Positions 49,885-61,649 are shown, counted from the first letter of the stretch. The stretch: DNA of 64,000 nucleotides from Octopus sinensis (GCF_006345805.1 NC_043006.1:39990001-40054000); one strand, 5' to 3'. Notes: generated by a model from the letters alone, not told the origin. Translations and numbers: made by a program.

Positions 49885-50047
49885 TATATATCGACCCCAG
49901 TGCGTAACTGGTACTTTATTTATCGACCCCGAAAGGATGAAAGGCAAAGTCGACCTCGGCGGAATTTGAACACGGAACGTATCGACAGACGAAATACGGC
50001 TACGCATTTCGCCCGACGTGCTAACGTTTCTGCCAGCTCGCCGCCTT
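49885..50047 (-). mobile_element. SINE family D
   Basis: TATCGACCCCGAAAGGATGAAAGGCAAAGTCGACCTCGGCGG...CTGCCAGCTCGCCGCC. Confidence 0.9.
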
Positions 50048-50111
50048 AGAATAGAGAAACACATCTGCTCTTTTGACCGTCCATGCAGCAAAAGAAATGA
50101 TCACGTGAGGA

Positions 50112-50209
<98 letters not shown>

Positions 50210-50318
50210 TATATATATAATATATATATATATTATATATATATATACATATATATATCACGTGATCATTTCTTCTGCTGTACGGACGGTCAAAAGAGCG
50301 GATGTGTTTCTCTATTCT
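50048..50318. repeat. 61-bp inverted repeat pair around a (TA)n tract
   Basis: Arms 50048-50108 and 50258-50318, 4 mismatches. Confidence 0.9.
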
Positions 50319-50985
50319 ATCTTTTCTCTTTTCAAAAAGATATTTCTCCCAGCATTCACTATTTACCTCTCGTTCTGGTCCCACGATCCTCCATGTTGTT
50401 TGTTTCGTTCGGTTTCCTTGTATGTCTCCACTGTCCTGTTTTTGTTCTTAACTTTGACCCTGTATAAATACTAAATTTTATTTCAGAATTTATGGGAGCA
50501 ACTGTCTGAAGATTCATATTGTCGTTGAATGCTCGAAATGAGGAGTAGATACAGAGCCGACAACTGATGAAAGGTGTTTACTTGTCCTGCTTTCCATTTT
50601 TTCTCATTGTTTACATATTTAACTCGTTTGTTTACGTATTTCATGCTATTTACACCGTTGGTGAAGTCCTGTATCCATATATGCATGTATATATTTCAAA
50701 GGTTAAACAGAAAAGGGAAACTAAACGAACACTAGGCAAAACCATAACAGGCAGAATAATGAGAAAAAACACGATACAAGGAACATTCGCAGCGGATTTT
50801 CTCATCAGCTGGTTTCCGAAACGTCTTTGTAGTTTCGCGCTGTTTAAAACCACGATCACTGTTATTCTGGTGCGCCAGAGAATTAAGCTATAGGAAAGGC
50901 TGGCGAATGTATGCAAGAACAGAACAAAATAACATTGCGTATACAACAAAATAACTAACATATAACAGACAAAGGATGATACATA

Positions 50986-51545
50986 CAGGGGTTGGACAAA
51001 ATAATGGAAACACCTTAAAATTTCAAACAAATCAATTTTAATATGGGGTAGGACCCCCTTTGGCAATAATTATAGCTTGAATTCTACGAGGTATGGACAC
51101 GTACAAAGTTTAAATTGTTTCCAAAAGAATACTTGTCCATTCTTCTGCTAAAATGGCCTCCAGTTCTTGTAGTGATGATGGTGGGGGATATCGACTCCTT
51201 ACTTGTTTTTCTAAAATGTACCATAAATGATCAATAATATTGAGATCTGGGGACCGTGGTGGAATGTTCCTCGTGCCATTCAGTAACAACGTTAGCTGTG
51301 TGAATTGGTGCATTGCCATCCTGAAAGACTGCGTTTTCCTCCAGAAACACTTCTGCAAGCATAGGCTGAATTTGATCAGATAACAGGCTTAAATAGTCTT
51401 CTATTAATTCTGCCATGAAAGGAAACCACTGGGCTGGTGGATTTCCAAGATATAGCCCCCCAGATCATCACAAATCCTCCTCCATATTTAACAATTGGAA
51501 GAAGGTAGTCTGGATCAAATGCTTCTTTTGGTTGTCTCCACACAT
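50986..51545 (-). mobile_element. Tc1-like transposon 3' half (same family as 48254) with intact TIR and TA
   Basis: TA|CAGGGGTTGGACAAAATAATGGAAACACCTT; minus-strand ORF fragments GGGFVMIWGAISW, FQDGNAPIHTA, RSPDLNIIDHLW, LQELEAILAEEW. Confidence 0.92.
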
Positions 51546-51798
51546 AGCTATTCATGTAAAAAAAAAACAATGGGTTCATTAGGCTACATTTTATTTGTTA
51601 AATTCAGTTGCTTTGAATTTGCTTCAGAAAGAGGTCTGTATTTGTGATGGTTAGTTGGGGTGAGGGCGCTAGAAATGTGACTTGGCTGTCAAGGGGGCAG
51701 CAGTCCGAAATAGTTTGGGAGTCACTGTTGTAGTACGATAGTGACTTGTAGTTTTGTATTGGCTTTTGCAGTGTAGTGTTTTATTGAGGTTTGTGAAA

Positions 51799-52115
51799 GC
51801 GCGTGGCTTAATGGCTAGGAATATTCAGCTCACGGTCGTAAGTTAGTGAGTTCGATTCTCGGCAGCGCATTTTGTCCTTGTGCGAGACAGTTTATTTCGT
51901 GTTGCTCCAGTCCACTCGGCTGGCAAAAATGAGTAGCACCTGTATTTCAAAGGGCCAGCCGTATCACATCCTGTGTCACGATGAATCTCCCTGAGGACTA
52001 CATTAAGAGTAGACGTGTCTGTGGAGTACTCAAGCACTTGCACGTTAATTTCATGAGCAGGATGTTCCGTTGATCGGCTCGGCTTGAACACTAGTCGTCG
52101 TAGCCGACGAAGTGT
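51799..52115 (+). mobile_element. SINE family B, full length
   Basis: GCGCGTGGCTTAATGGCTAGG head, GAGTTCGATTCTC B-box, GTCCTTGTGCGAGAC CORE-like segment, RTE-like tail GTCGTCGTAGCCGACGAAGTG. Confidence 0.85.
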
Positions 52116-52261
52116 GGATTTTTTCGTACAGGAGTGTAGTTTTATTTTGTATTATAGTGTTCTGTTATCGTGGAGTGTTGTGTTGCAGTGTCATATTGTT
52201 ACATTGTAGTATATTGTTGTGTATTGTAGTGTGATGTTGTTTGGTAGCAGTGTATCATGAT

Positions 52262-52420
52262 ATTAGTTTCATTTTAGCACAAGGCCAGCAATTTCGGCCG
52301 ATGGGACAAGACGATTCCACCGACCCAGCGTTCAACTGTACTATTTTATCGACTCCGAAAGAATAAAAGGCAATGTCGACCTCAGCGGAATTTGAACTCA
52401 GAACATAAAGATGGACAAAA
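52262..52420 (-). mobile_element. SINE family D, 5'-truncated
   Basis: TTTATCGACTCCGAAAGAATAAAAGGCAATGTCGACCTCAGCGGAATTTGAACTCAGAAC. Confidence 0.8.
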
Positions 52421-52990
52421 GGCGGCGAGCTGGCAGAATCGTTAGCGCGCCGGGCGAAATGCTTAGCGGTATTTCGTCTGCCGTTACGTTCTGAGTTCAA
52501 ATTCCGCCGAGGTCGACTTTGTCTTTCATCCTTTCGGGGTCGATTAAATAAGTACCAGTTACGCACTGGGGTCGATATAATTGACCTAACTCGTTTGTCT
52601 GTCCTTGTTTGTCCTCTCTGTGTTTAGCCCCTTGTGGGTAATAAAGAAATAGGTATTTCGTCTGCCGTTACGTTCTGAGTTCAAATTCCGCCGAGGTCGA
52701 CTTTGCCTTTCATTCTTTCGAGGTCGACGTAATCGTCTAAATCCGTTTATCTGTCCTTGTTTGTCCTCTCTGTGTTTAGCCCCTTGTGGGTAGTAAAGAA
52801 ATAAGTATTTCGTTGCCGCTACTTTCTGAGTTCAAATTCCGCCGAGGTCGACTTTTCCTTTCATCCTTTCGGGGTCGATAGATTTAAGTACCAGTTACGC
52901 ATTGGGGTCGATGTAATCAACTTAAGCCATTTGTCTGTCCTTGTTTGTCCCCTCTATGTTTAACCCCTTGTGGGCAATAAAGAAATAAAG
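52421..52990 (+). mobile_element. SINE family D tandem trimer (one full unit plus two head-less units)
   Basis: Units start at 52421, 52653 and 52805; units 2 and 3 begin at GTATTTCG (position 49 of unit 1). Confidence 0.9.
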
Positions 52991-54080
52991 ACGGACAAAA
53001 CACAGCTAAGCATTTTTCCCGGTGTGTTAACAATTCTGCCAACTTGTCGCTTTGGTGCATTATTACATTGTAGTATAATGTAGTGCATTGTTATATTGCT
53101 CCAGCTTAGCCCTACGTCCAAGGTTAGCTCTGGTAGAAGCAGGACGTAGGCATTCCGATTGTGACCATCTCTATAAGCAAGCAGTGATGTAGCTGGAATG
53201 CGAGTTGCTCGGGGCAGTCCTTGAATTTGCTGACTCCTCGACTCCGTCCGGTCCCTATACTGATTTACACAGCAGATCAAAAATGCCGACCCGTAGAAGC
53301 GTCGGATGAGGCGGATCGCCTTTGCCGTCTCATCCTGCTACCTACGTTATTATATGCAAGAAACTTCGATACCCAACGTAGCCTATTTTATGACTGTAAG
53401 ATTTGCTTTGAGAGAAGCTGTCTGCTATTTTTAGCAAGCCAGGCGACTACACCGTGTCTACTCCCCTCTCTGGCGCCGGTGCAGTGTTCTATTGTAATGG
53501 AATGTAATATAGGAATTGGTTCCCGTCTATTCATGTCTTCACTCTAATCAATATTAGTTTGTGACGAAAGCCGCACAACCTAATCAAATATTTCAATATA
53601 TTCTACATATTAACTCTTTGATTTGTTTCTTTCATTGAAAAGTGAAGAAGATAAATAAATAAATAAATAAATAAATGAATAAATAAATAAGCTGATGTTG
53701 TTCGGAGTAGAGACATTTACTAAATCTTCCAATCGTCTTCCACATTTTGTCTTGTTCCTTCCGTTATATTCTTCCTCCTCCAGCTGAATATCCATCCCTC
53801 TCGCTTCAATCATCATCATTGTCGTCGTCGTATCGTCGTCGTCATCATTGCTACCGGTACCACCATCATCGCCATTACTGCCGCCTCCATCCAGTTCTCC
53901 ATCTCACCCACGCTTTAACTCTGTTACAGGTTATCAAGGCGTTAATTTCCTGAACCAAGTCCAAAATCACACGTTAATTTTGATTGAGAGATTTAGGTTG
54001 CAATAAATTTAATAAATCCCCAACAAATTGTAACCTTTATTTTTACAACGACAACCACAACAACGCAATTTAAACAAAGT

Positions 54081-54119
<39 letters not shown>

Positions 54120-54339
54120 AACGAGAGGGGGAAGAGTGTTTGCGGTAGACTGTCAGATTCTGTATTTTGTACGCTTCACTATCTTTTTGTTTTCGTTTTT
54201 GTTTTTATGCAGTTTTCTATTTAAACTTTTATTGATATTTCCATTGCTAAATGTTCTATTGTGAAAATATTTTTACGTGCATTGAAGTGGTCTTCACAGT
54301 CAATCACCAGCATACACACACAATCGGAATGTGTGCATT

Positions 54340-54660
54340 CAAACATATACATGCATGTACAACTCCACTTACGTATATGTATCAACAAGTGTACATACAA
54401 CCATACATACATATGTATATATTTGTGTGTATATATGTGAATATATCTGTGTATATATATATGTCTATATACATGTGTATGTATATAGATGTGTATGTAT
54501 ATATATGTGTATATATATATATGTATATATATGTATGTGTATATATGTGTATAAATGTATATGTATATATATGTATGTGTATATATGTATATATATGTGT
54601 GTGTATATATGCATGTTTATATATATATGTATATGCATGTATATATATATATATACATAT
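54340..54660. repeat. Degenerate (TA)/(TG) microsatellite
   Basis: Visible directly. Confidence 0.95.
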
Positions 54661-55110
54661 ATATCTCCATCCTTGGTGTTGTTTTGCGCTTATAATAAAA
54701 TAAATATATACAACTTATAAAAATTAAAAAATGTACAGTACTGTTTCTACTTCGCGGATTTTCAACAATCGCGGTGGTGTTTTGGAACGTATCACCCGGG
54801 ATAGTCGAGGGATTACTGTTTTTCGAACGCTGCAATCGCCGTAATTTCACCACACGATCTGAGATAAAAACCTTTGCTATGCAAATACACCTCCTGAGTA
54901 TACTCAAACATACACACACATATACATATATATATAGACACACATATGCGCGAGTGAATGCGGACGAAAGAAAACAGCACTCAACACATTTAGGTGTTAC
55001 ATGTATTATTTAAAACCGCTCGATTCGGTTTCCGTGCTGCTTTAAGTTTCGCAGGCCCCTAACGGAGTCCGTCTTCTTTAGGTTCTGGAATGGCCGAATG
55101 AGGAGGTCTA

Positions 55111-55152
55111 GGAAGTCCAAGATGGCTGCCGGAAGATGGGCTGCTATTGGTC
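55111..55152. promoter_or_regulatory. Possible regulatory motif cluster (YY1-like, ETS-like, CCAAT)
   Basis: CAAGATGGCTGCC (55118-55130), CCGGAAG (55129-55135), ATTGG (55146-55150) inside a roughly 250-bp non-repetitive GC-elevated patch. Motif match only. Confidence 0.25.
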
Positions 55153-55377
55153 AAGGAGGGTCATATGTGTTACGGTGGATAATGTCGCTTGAGAAGCAAG
55201 ACCGAAGCGGTTGGACAGGAAACTAAGCGGCGTCAGTGTCTGGATATGGCATCAGTAAAGCCGGTACGAATATAAGTTTGTGTGCATATGCGCGCACGCG
55301 TTTATACGTGTATGTGTGTGTAAATTTGTGTGTATAAGCTTGTGTGTTTGCGCGTACGTATACATTCGTACATACAT

Positions 55378-55800
55378 ATATACCTGTAATTATTGGGGCC
55401 CTAGGATATGTAACACACTGCATAAATACCAATCTTCAGAAATTAGGCTTCTCAAAACCAGAAAGGAGAAAGCTAATTCGAAGACTACAGATCCAATCCA
55501 TCACTGGAACTGTAAAAATCTGTAAGACTTTCCAGAAGTTTATCATTTAAATATATATGAACATGTCTAGGTATGCAACTATATGCTTGAGAATACATAC
55601 ATAAAGCATAACATACAAATCTGCACATATACATACATACATATATGCGTACATGCATGCATACATACATACAAACAAAAATACTGTTGTTGATGTTGAA
55701 ATTCCAACGAAGGAGCCTTGGATCTGGGTTAGAAACCGGTTCTTTATTGGCAAGAAATATTGAAATGAATCCGAACAGTAACAAACATACATATATCACG
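55378..55800 (+). mobile_element. 3' end of an RLE-type non-LTR retrotransposon
   Basis: IPVIIGALG...LQKLGFSKPERRKLIRRLQIQSITGTVKICKTF* is a typical RLE-LINE C-terminus; the 3' UTR piece GAAGGAGCCTTGG..CTGGGTTAGAA recurs at about 32530-32565. Confidence 0.75.
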
Positions 55801-56759
55801 AGTCAATGGTCAATGTTATACATCTTTCATAAATCGTTAATGACAGCTACACAATCTCTGTCTAGAGGAAATGATAATCCTTCAGCAATGTGAAATTTTA
55901 GCATGCAGGCTGATCCGTAACTTATGCATAAAGACTAAAAAAGAAAGACAAAAAATGACAGAAAACGAATAGAAAAGTTAATTAATGGGATAGGCAATTT
56001 TCGCAAATTTTGACAACGTTCGTGACGTTTCAAGCCAAGCCGTTTGTCAGTATTCACGTTTGTCTCTCTACAGCATATAAAATTACACAAATTTGAGAAC
56101 TTCAGTAAATTATTTTTCCCGACATAGCTTCGGTTTTCATTATTATGTAATATAACTGTGCACGAGAAAAGCTACAATAATACCTTTAAAATGACTTATC
56201 GATTCAATATAATGTGATCGTAATGTTATATAGACATTATATGAGAATCTAAGAAATTACACGGACTTGGCTGTTAAAAGGAAGCTATTATGGCACACAT
56301 ACGAAATATTCATAATAGTACATTTAATACGTTTAATTACTGTTAGAAAGACAAAGACACTGTAATTAAAACCACTGACAAAGGAAAGTTAAAAAAAGGC
56401 AATAATAATAAGAATAAAGATTATAATGATAATTAGAATTTTTTGTCAACAATGTCCTTTCATAACTTGGACATTTGTTTGTATGTTTGTCAGGTTTCTT
56501 TTTATTGTTGTTCTAATTGTCACTAAATAATGTCTGGAATGTGTAAACCGGTTGTATCTATTGAGCCTTATTTAGTAGACACATGCGCGCGCGCAGAAAC
56601 AGACAGACACACGGATTCTATTGTTCTGTTTTAGCTTGTATATAACATGTGAGTATAGCCCAAAGATTGTATGAAAGCACCAGACATATTATAAAATGGT
56701 GTTTGTGGTTTTCATTACACGAAACTATAAGTTGCTTAAAAACAATGTACTGTTTATCA

Positions 56760-56833
<74 letters not shown>

Positions 56834-56835
<2 letters not shown>

Positions 56836-56931
56836 TCGCGCGGTTATGTTCCAACACTAACCAAGATGGATTAAAAAAAATTGTCCACACCCCAATTAAC
56901 AAAGAACTTACTAGATCTATGAACTGAAATT

Positions 56932-56978
<47 letters not shown>

Positions 56979-57193
56979 CTGGAAAATGTGTGAGATCATT
57001 GGTACAGATGGGTATATTTGAAAAAAGAAACACAGAATGACTTCACTGGTAGTTCTAATCAGTTTAATTTTTAATTTGGCTATTTTTTGGTAATATAAAT
57101 TTCAGTTCATGGATCTAGTAAGTTCTTTGTTAATTGGGGTGTGGACAATTTTTTTTAATCTATCGAGGTTAGTGTTGGAACATAAACGCGATC
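56834..57193. repeat. About 105-bp inverted duplication with a 152-bp spacer
   Basis: Arms 56834-56938 and 57091-57193; the ORF track shows the same peptide end (KKIVHTPINKELTRSMN) on both strands. Confidence 0.9.
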
Positions 57194-58120
57194 TTTTACA
57201 TATATATCCCCACAAGAAAAAAATCACAGACAGACAGGGTATCTCGCAGGCCAAGCACAAAGAGCAAGGTCTTGGGCTCCTTTCCGACCAATCCGGCATT
57301 GGGGCACTTTTTCATTTAAAAAAGCTCGAACCATCAGATGCCGATGGAGCAGTGCTCCATCTTGCTGAAAAATAAAGTCATGCGAATCTGCTTGCAGTGA
57401 AGTGACGAGACAGTTTTGGAGTATATCAAGATAGATTTGCCCTGTAACGGTGCTTCATTCAAAGAAAAATGACTATAAACCTTGTTCTGAGACACAGCAC
57501 AGAAGACGTTTACTTTAGGGGAATCTCTTTCATGCTCAACTATTTCATGTGAGTGCTTTGTTCCCCAAATGCGCACATTGTAACGACTGACTGCGCCGCT
57601 CAAGTGAACAGTCGTTTCATCACTGAAAATTAAACGTGTAATAAAGGTTTCGTCTTCAATCATCTCCAACATCGATTCGCAAAATTCCATCCGCTTCCTC
57701 TTGTCGAGGCATAGTCTGTATGGTTTCAAATGTAGACGTCTTAGCACACGCCAGATAGTGGATTGAGGAATCGCAAGCTCACTTTGTAGTCATACGCAGG
57801 CTCGCCTCACAGGCAGTACGGATTCTCGCCACTTGTTTCTCCGAAACTCTCGGTCGTCCTGGACTTTTTTCTTTACACAGACACCCACTCTCTTGAAACT
57901 GTTGAAACCACCGTCGAATGTTCTTAGGAGAGGGCGGATTTATGTCGAATCGCCTTCGAAAAGCACCTTGCGCCGTGACAATCGAATTTGTTTTCACAAA
58001 CTCGAAAACGCAGAACGCCTTTTGCAGAGGACTCACCATTCTGAGTGTAAACAAACAACTAAAAGTTGCCGGAAGAACGACGCGACTACAGCGCCCCTGT
58101 GGCAGCCATTCAAAACTTCG
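57150..58120 (-). pseudogene. rosa/DD41D-type mariner transposase, N-terminus to KDRVYVP plus 5' UTR
   Basis: MVSPLQKAFCVFEF...KSPGRPRVSE; RLIFSDETTVHLSG..SRYNVRIWG...ERDSPKVNVFCAVS; FQQDGA; WPAR; FFLWG; KDRVYVP. Confidence 0.9.
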
Positions 58121-58126
58121 AAAAAT

Positions 58127-58397
58127 CCATTACCCACTAACCTTGATGACCTTAAACGTTGAATAACAACAACGATCAACTCAGTGGATCGTGATATGCA
58201 GATACGCGTCTGAAAGGAATTCTCTTATCACACTGATGTTGCCCATGCTGCAGGTGGTGGCCACATTGAACACTTGTAAGACAGGAAGTAAAAGTTGATT
58301 GTGAGTAAATACTTGTGACTTAGCTGGAGTTTTCTATTGCTTTCCCTTATTAATATATTGTGTAATGAAATTGGTTCACTCTTTTTGTATAACCCTG
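58127..58397 (+). mobile_element. 3' end and TIR of the same rosa-type element, on the opposite strand
   Basis: PLPTNLDDLKR*ITTTINSVDRDMQIRV*KEFSYHTDVAHAAGGGHIEHL*, then TIR ...CTCTTTTTGTATAACCCTG|TA. Confidence 0.88.
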
Positions 58398-58409
58398 TAT
58401 ATATATACA

Positions 58410-58592
58410 GAGAGAGAGAGAGGTATGGATAGATGTGAACTGGAGGGGGATATTTGTGGGTGTATGTATGTATATGTATGTAAGCATGTGGGTATGTGTA
58501 TGCATATAGGTTAATATGTGTGTGTATGCATATGTATATATGCATATGTGTGTATATATACATGTGTATGGATGCGCATTTATGTGTTTGTG

Positions 58593-58672
<80 letters not shown>

Positions 58673-58680
58673 ATATTTAT
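58410..58680. repeat. (TG)/(TA) microsatellite
   Basis: Visible directly. Confidence 0.95.
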
Positions 58681-59204
58681 TAGTATATCGGTTCACCCCA
58701 AACACACCCAAATCCTGGTTTCAAAGCGAGCGTCTTAACAACACAGCCATGCATGTATATTTGTATCAACTCTGTTTTAATGTTATTGAAAACCCGACTA
58801 TCTTAAACACTTATCTGTTTTTAAAGACGGTTTCTTGTTCGTATAAGTTCTTCATCTCGCATCTGGAACATATTTCCAAGGTTACTTTTCGCTTTTTCTT
58901 TTATTTTATCTCTCCTTATCACGTCTTCTAGGCGAGATGTTTACAGTACCAGTTGTTATTTCACTGTTTTTTTTTCCTCGGCAATTTTAGCTACAAAAAC
59001 ACATTCATCTTGAGTAGAAGGTAAGATGGGAAACTGTTAAAATGTCGATGAACTTTGGAAATTTCTTTTTGCAAATGAAATTTAAATACCTTATAAGGAA
59101 ACTCATAAAATACTCTATAAAACGCCGAGTATCAGTCAGAGATGCATGAATCGATGGTAACAAATTTCTTGTTCTAATTATTATTATTATTATTATTATT
59201 ATTA

Positions 59205-59485
59205 TCTCAGGTTTCGTTGTAACTTCTGGAGTCTTGCATGCGTAGCAGGCTTACTGCCTGCAGTCTGTTATGCTATCCGTTCTTTTCGGCTATCTAATAC
59301 TTTCCTGATTATTCTGGCCGTACCAAGGAGTCAAGCCTTTTGTAACAGTTCTATTGGACACTATCCCGATTTCCTTTAATTCCTCTTGATGCCATCTGAT
59401 ACTAACCCCAAAGACCTCAGGGGCCCAACAATAATTGGCATACTCCACCTTCGTTTTCCATAGCCGTGCTACTTCGTACTTAAGA
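59205..59485 (-). mobile_element. 3' end of an RLE-type (R4/Dong-like) non-LTR retrotransposon
   Basis: Frameshifted LKYEVARLWKTKV..PIIVG..L...LLQKA..LGTARIIRKVLDS; ends in (TAA)n at about 59178-59205. Confidence 0.75.
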
Positions 59486-59635
59486 GGATTTTATGTATCT
59501 ATTTGTTATTATTATTAATATTAGGGCCTTGAGCCAGAAATTAGAAGGAATTATGGTTATTGATTTTGTTCTGGTTACTGCTGTTCCTACCGTTATTGGT
59601 ATTATTTATGTAGTCCTGGGCCTATGTTGATAACG

Positions 59636-60245
59636 ATTAATATTCTTTTCTACTCTAAGCACAAGGCCCGAATTTTTGGGGGAGTGAGCCAGTCGATTAA
59701 ATTGACTCCTGTACGCAACTGGTACTTAATCGACCCTGAAAGGATGAAAGGCGAAGTCGACCTCGGTGGAATTTCAACTCAGAACGTAACGGCAGACAAA
59801 ATATCGCAAACGTTTCTTATTTCTTTATTGCCCACAAGGGGCTAAACAGAGGGGACAAATAATGACAGACAAAAGGATTAGATCGATTACACCGTCCCTA
59901 GTGCGTAACTGGTACTTAATTTATCGACCCCGAAAGAATGAAAGGCAAAGTCGACCTCGGCGGAATTTCAACTCAGAACGTAAATACAGACGAAATATCG
60001 CTAACGTTTCTTGTTTCTTTATTGCCCACAGGGAGCTAAACATAGAGGGGACAAACAAGGACAGACAAAGGGATTAAGTCGATTACATCGACCCCGGTGT
60101 GTAACTGGTACTTAATATATCGACCCCGAAAGGATGAAAGGCAAAGTCGACCTCGGCGGAATTTGACCCCAGAACGTAACGGCAGACGAACTACCGCTAA
60201 ACATTTCGCCCGGCGTCGTAACGTTTCTGCCAGCTCGCCGCCTTA
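59636..60245 (-). mobile_element. SINE family D tandem trimer (full head at 60245, two head-less units)
   Basis: Junctions near 60005 and 59812 read, on the minus strand, AAAGAAA(C/T)AA-GAAACGTT(A/T)GCGATATTT. Confidence 0.88.
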
Positions 60246-60269
60246 GGTAACGATTAATACTATTAGCTT

Positions 60270-60490
60270 TTAAGGCTGTGAGCTGTCAGAATCGTTAACA
60301 CGCCAAGCAAAATGCTTACCAGTAATTTGTCCTTTACGCTCTAAGTTCAAATTCCGCCGAGGTTGACTTTACCTTTCATCCTTCCGGGGTCGATAAAATA
60401 AGTACCAGTTGAACACTTAGGTCACTCTAATCGACTTATACCTTCCTCTGAAACTGCTGGCCCTGTGCAAAAATTTGAAATCAATATTAT
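60270..60490 (+). mobile_element. SINE family D
   Basis: AGGCTGTGAGCTGTCAGAATCG...AAGTTCAAATTCCGCCGAGG...AAATAAGTACCAGTTGAAC. Confidence 0.85.
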
Positions 60491-60907
60491 TAGCTTTTAT
60501 TTATTCATTTATTTATATATTTTTAGCTTTGATTAAAAAAATTGTTTACATCATAAGATTATATATATATATATACATAATGTCTTCTCCCCGCGGTTAA
60601 TAACATTTTATCGATAAAAAATTTGAAAGAGTTTCAAGTTTGACATTCACGCACTTGTCTCTGCCGTGCAGTCTCACAACATCCAACCGTTCACCTATAA
60701 ATGTATGTGCGTTTGAATTTCATGTATCTACGCATGCATGATTTTAATTCAGTGCTGTTTACGAGTGAAGAATTTGGTTGTATGTTGTTTACGACTTGTG
60801 AAGAATATAAAATATAAGTTGTTTTCGTAGGTGAATAGCTCAAGCTAGTTCAGATCGAACAGATCGCTTAGAATTATAACGTAAACATCATTGGTAGAAA
60901 CATATCG

Positions 60908-61291
60908 TCGTGGCACTCCGTCGGTTGCGACGACGAGGGTTCCAGTTGATCCAATCAACGGAACAGCCTGCTCATGAAATTAACGTGCAAGTGGCTGAGC
61001 ACTCTACAGACACGTGTACCCTTAACGTAGTTCTCGGGAAGATTCAGCGTGACACAGAGTGTAACAAGGCTGGCCCTTTGAAATACAGGTACAACAGAAA
61101 CAGGAAGAAAGAGTGAGAGAAAGCTGTAGGGAAAGAGTATAGTAGGGTTCGTCACCCCACCCCCTGCCGGAGCCTCGTGGAGCTTTAGGTGTTTTCGCTC
61201 AATAAACACTCACAACGCCCGGTCTGGGAATCGAAGCCACGATCCTACGACTGCAAGTCCGCTGCCCTAACCTCTGGGCCATTGCACCTCC
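60908..61291 (-). mobile_element. SINE family A, full length, RTE-like tail
   Basis: Reverse complement of the 3469-3852 architecture. Confidence 0.92.
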
Positions 61292-61649
61292 ACGGTAAAA
61301 CATATACATATATGCAATCAATTTAGATGTTCCATAATGTCTGCATAATTTAAAAGATTTTTTGCAAATAAGAAGCAGTTTGGATAAATGGCTTTTACAA
61401 TAGCTTCGAGTCAACCGAAGTTCCGTGAGTTAAAATGCATTCATTAATATTTTAGAAACCACCGACTGCTCTGTGTCTTCTCATGATTAATGAACTTAAT
61501 CTTTCGATCGATTGACCCAATGATTCTCAGTCTCCATGTGGCCCTTTAGGAGTTCATATAAGGTTTTGCTGTTTAAATTTATGTGCAATAAATTGGTTTT
61601 ATTTCTACAATACAAAAAATTCTTGAATTTTTTAATAAAATTCTTGGCA

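Noticed and set aside
50488-50575. Plus-strand segment after a strong acceptor (ttttatttcAG)
   Set aside because: Stops in all three frames and no good donor.
50780-50830. CTCATCAG and CGAAACGTC close together
   Set aside because: The two half-motifs lie on opposite strands, so they cannot form one ribozyme.
52421-52990. Regularly spaced repeats resembling a CRISPR array
   Set aside because: Units are 150-230-bp SINE bodies without unique spacers; eukaryotic context, no cas genes.
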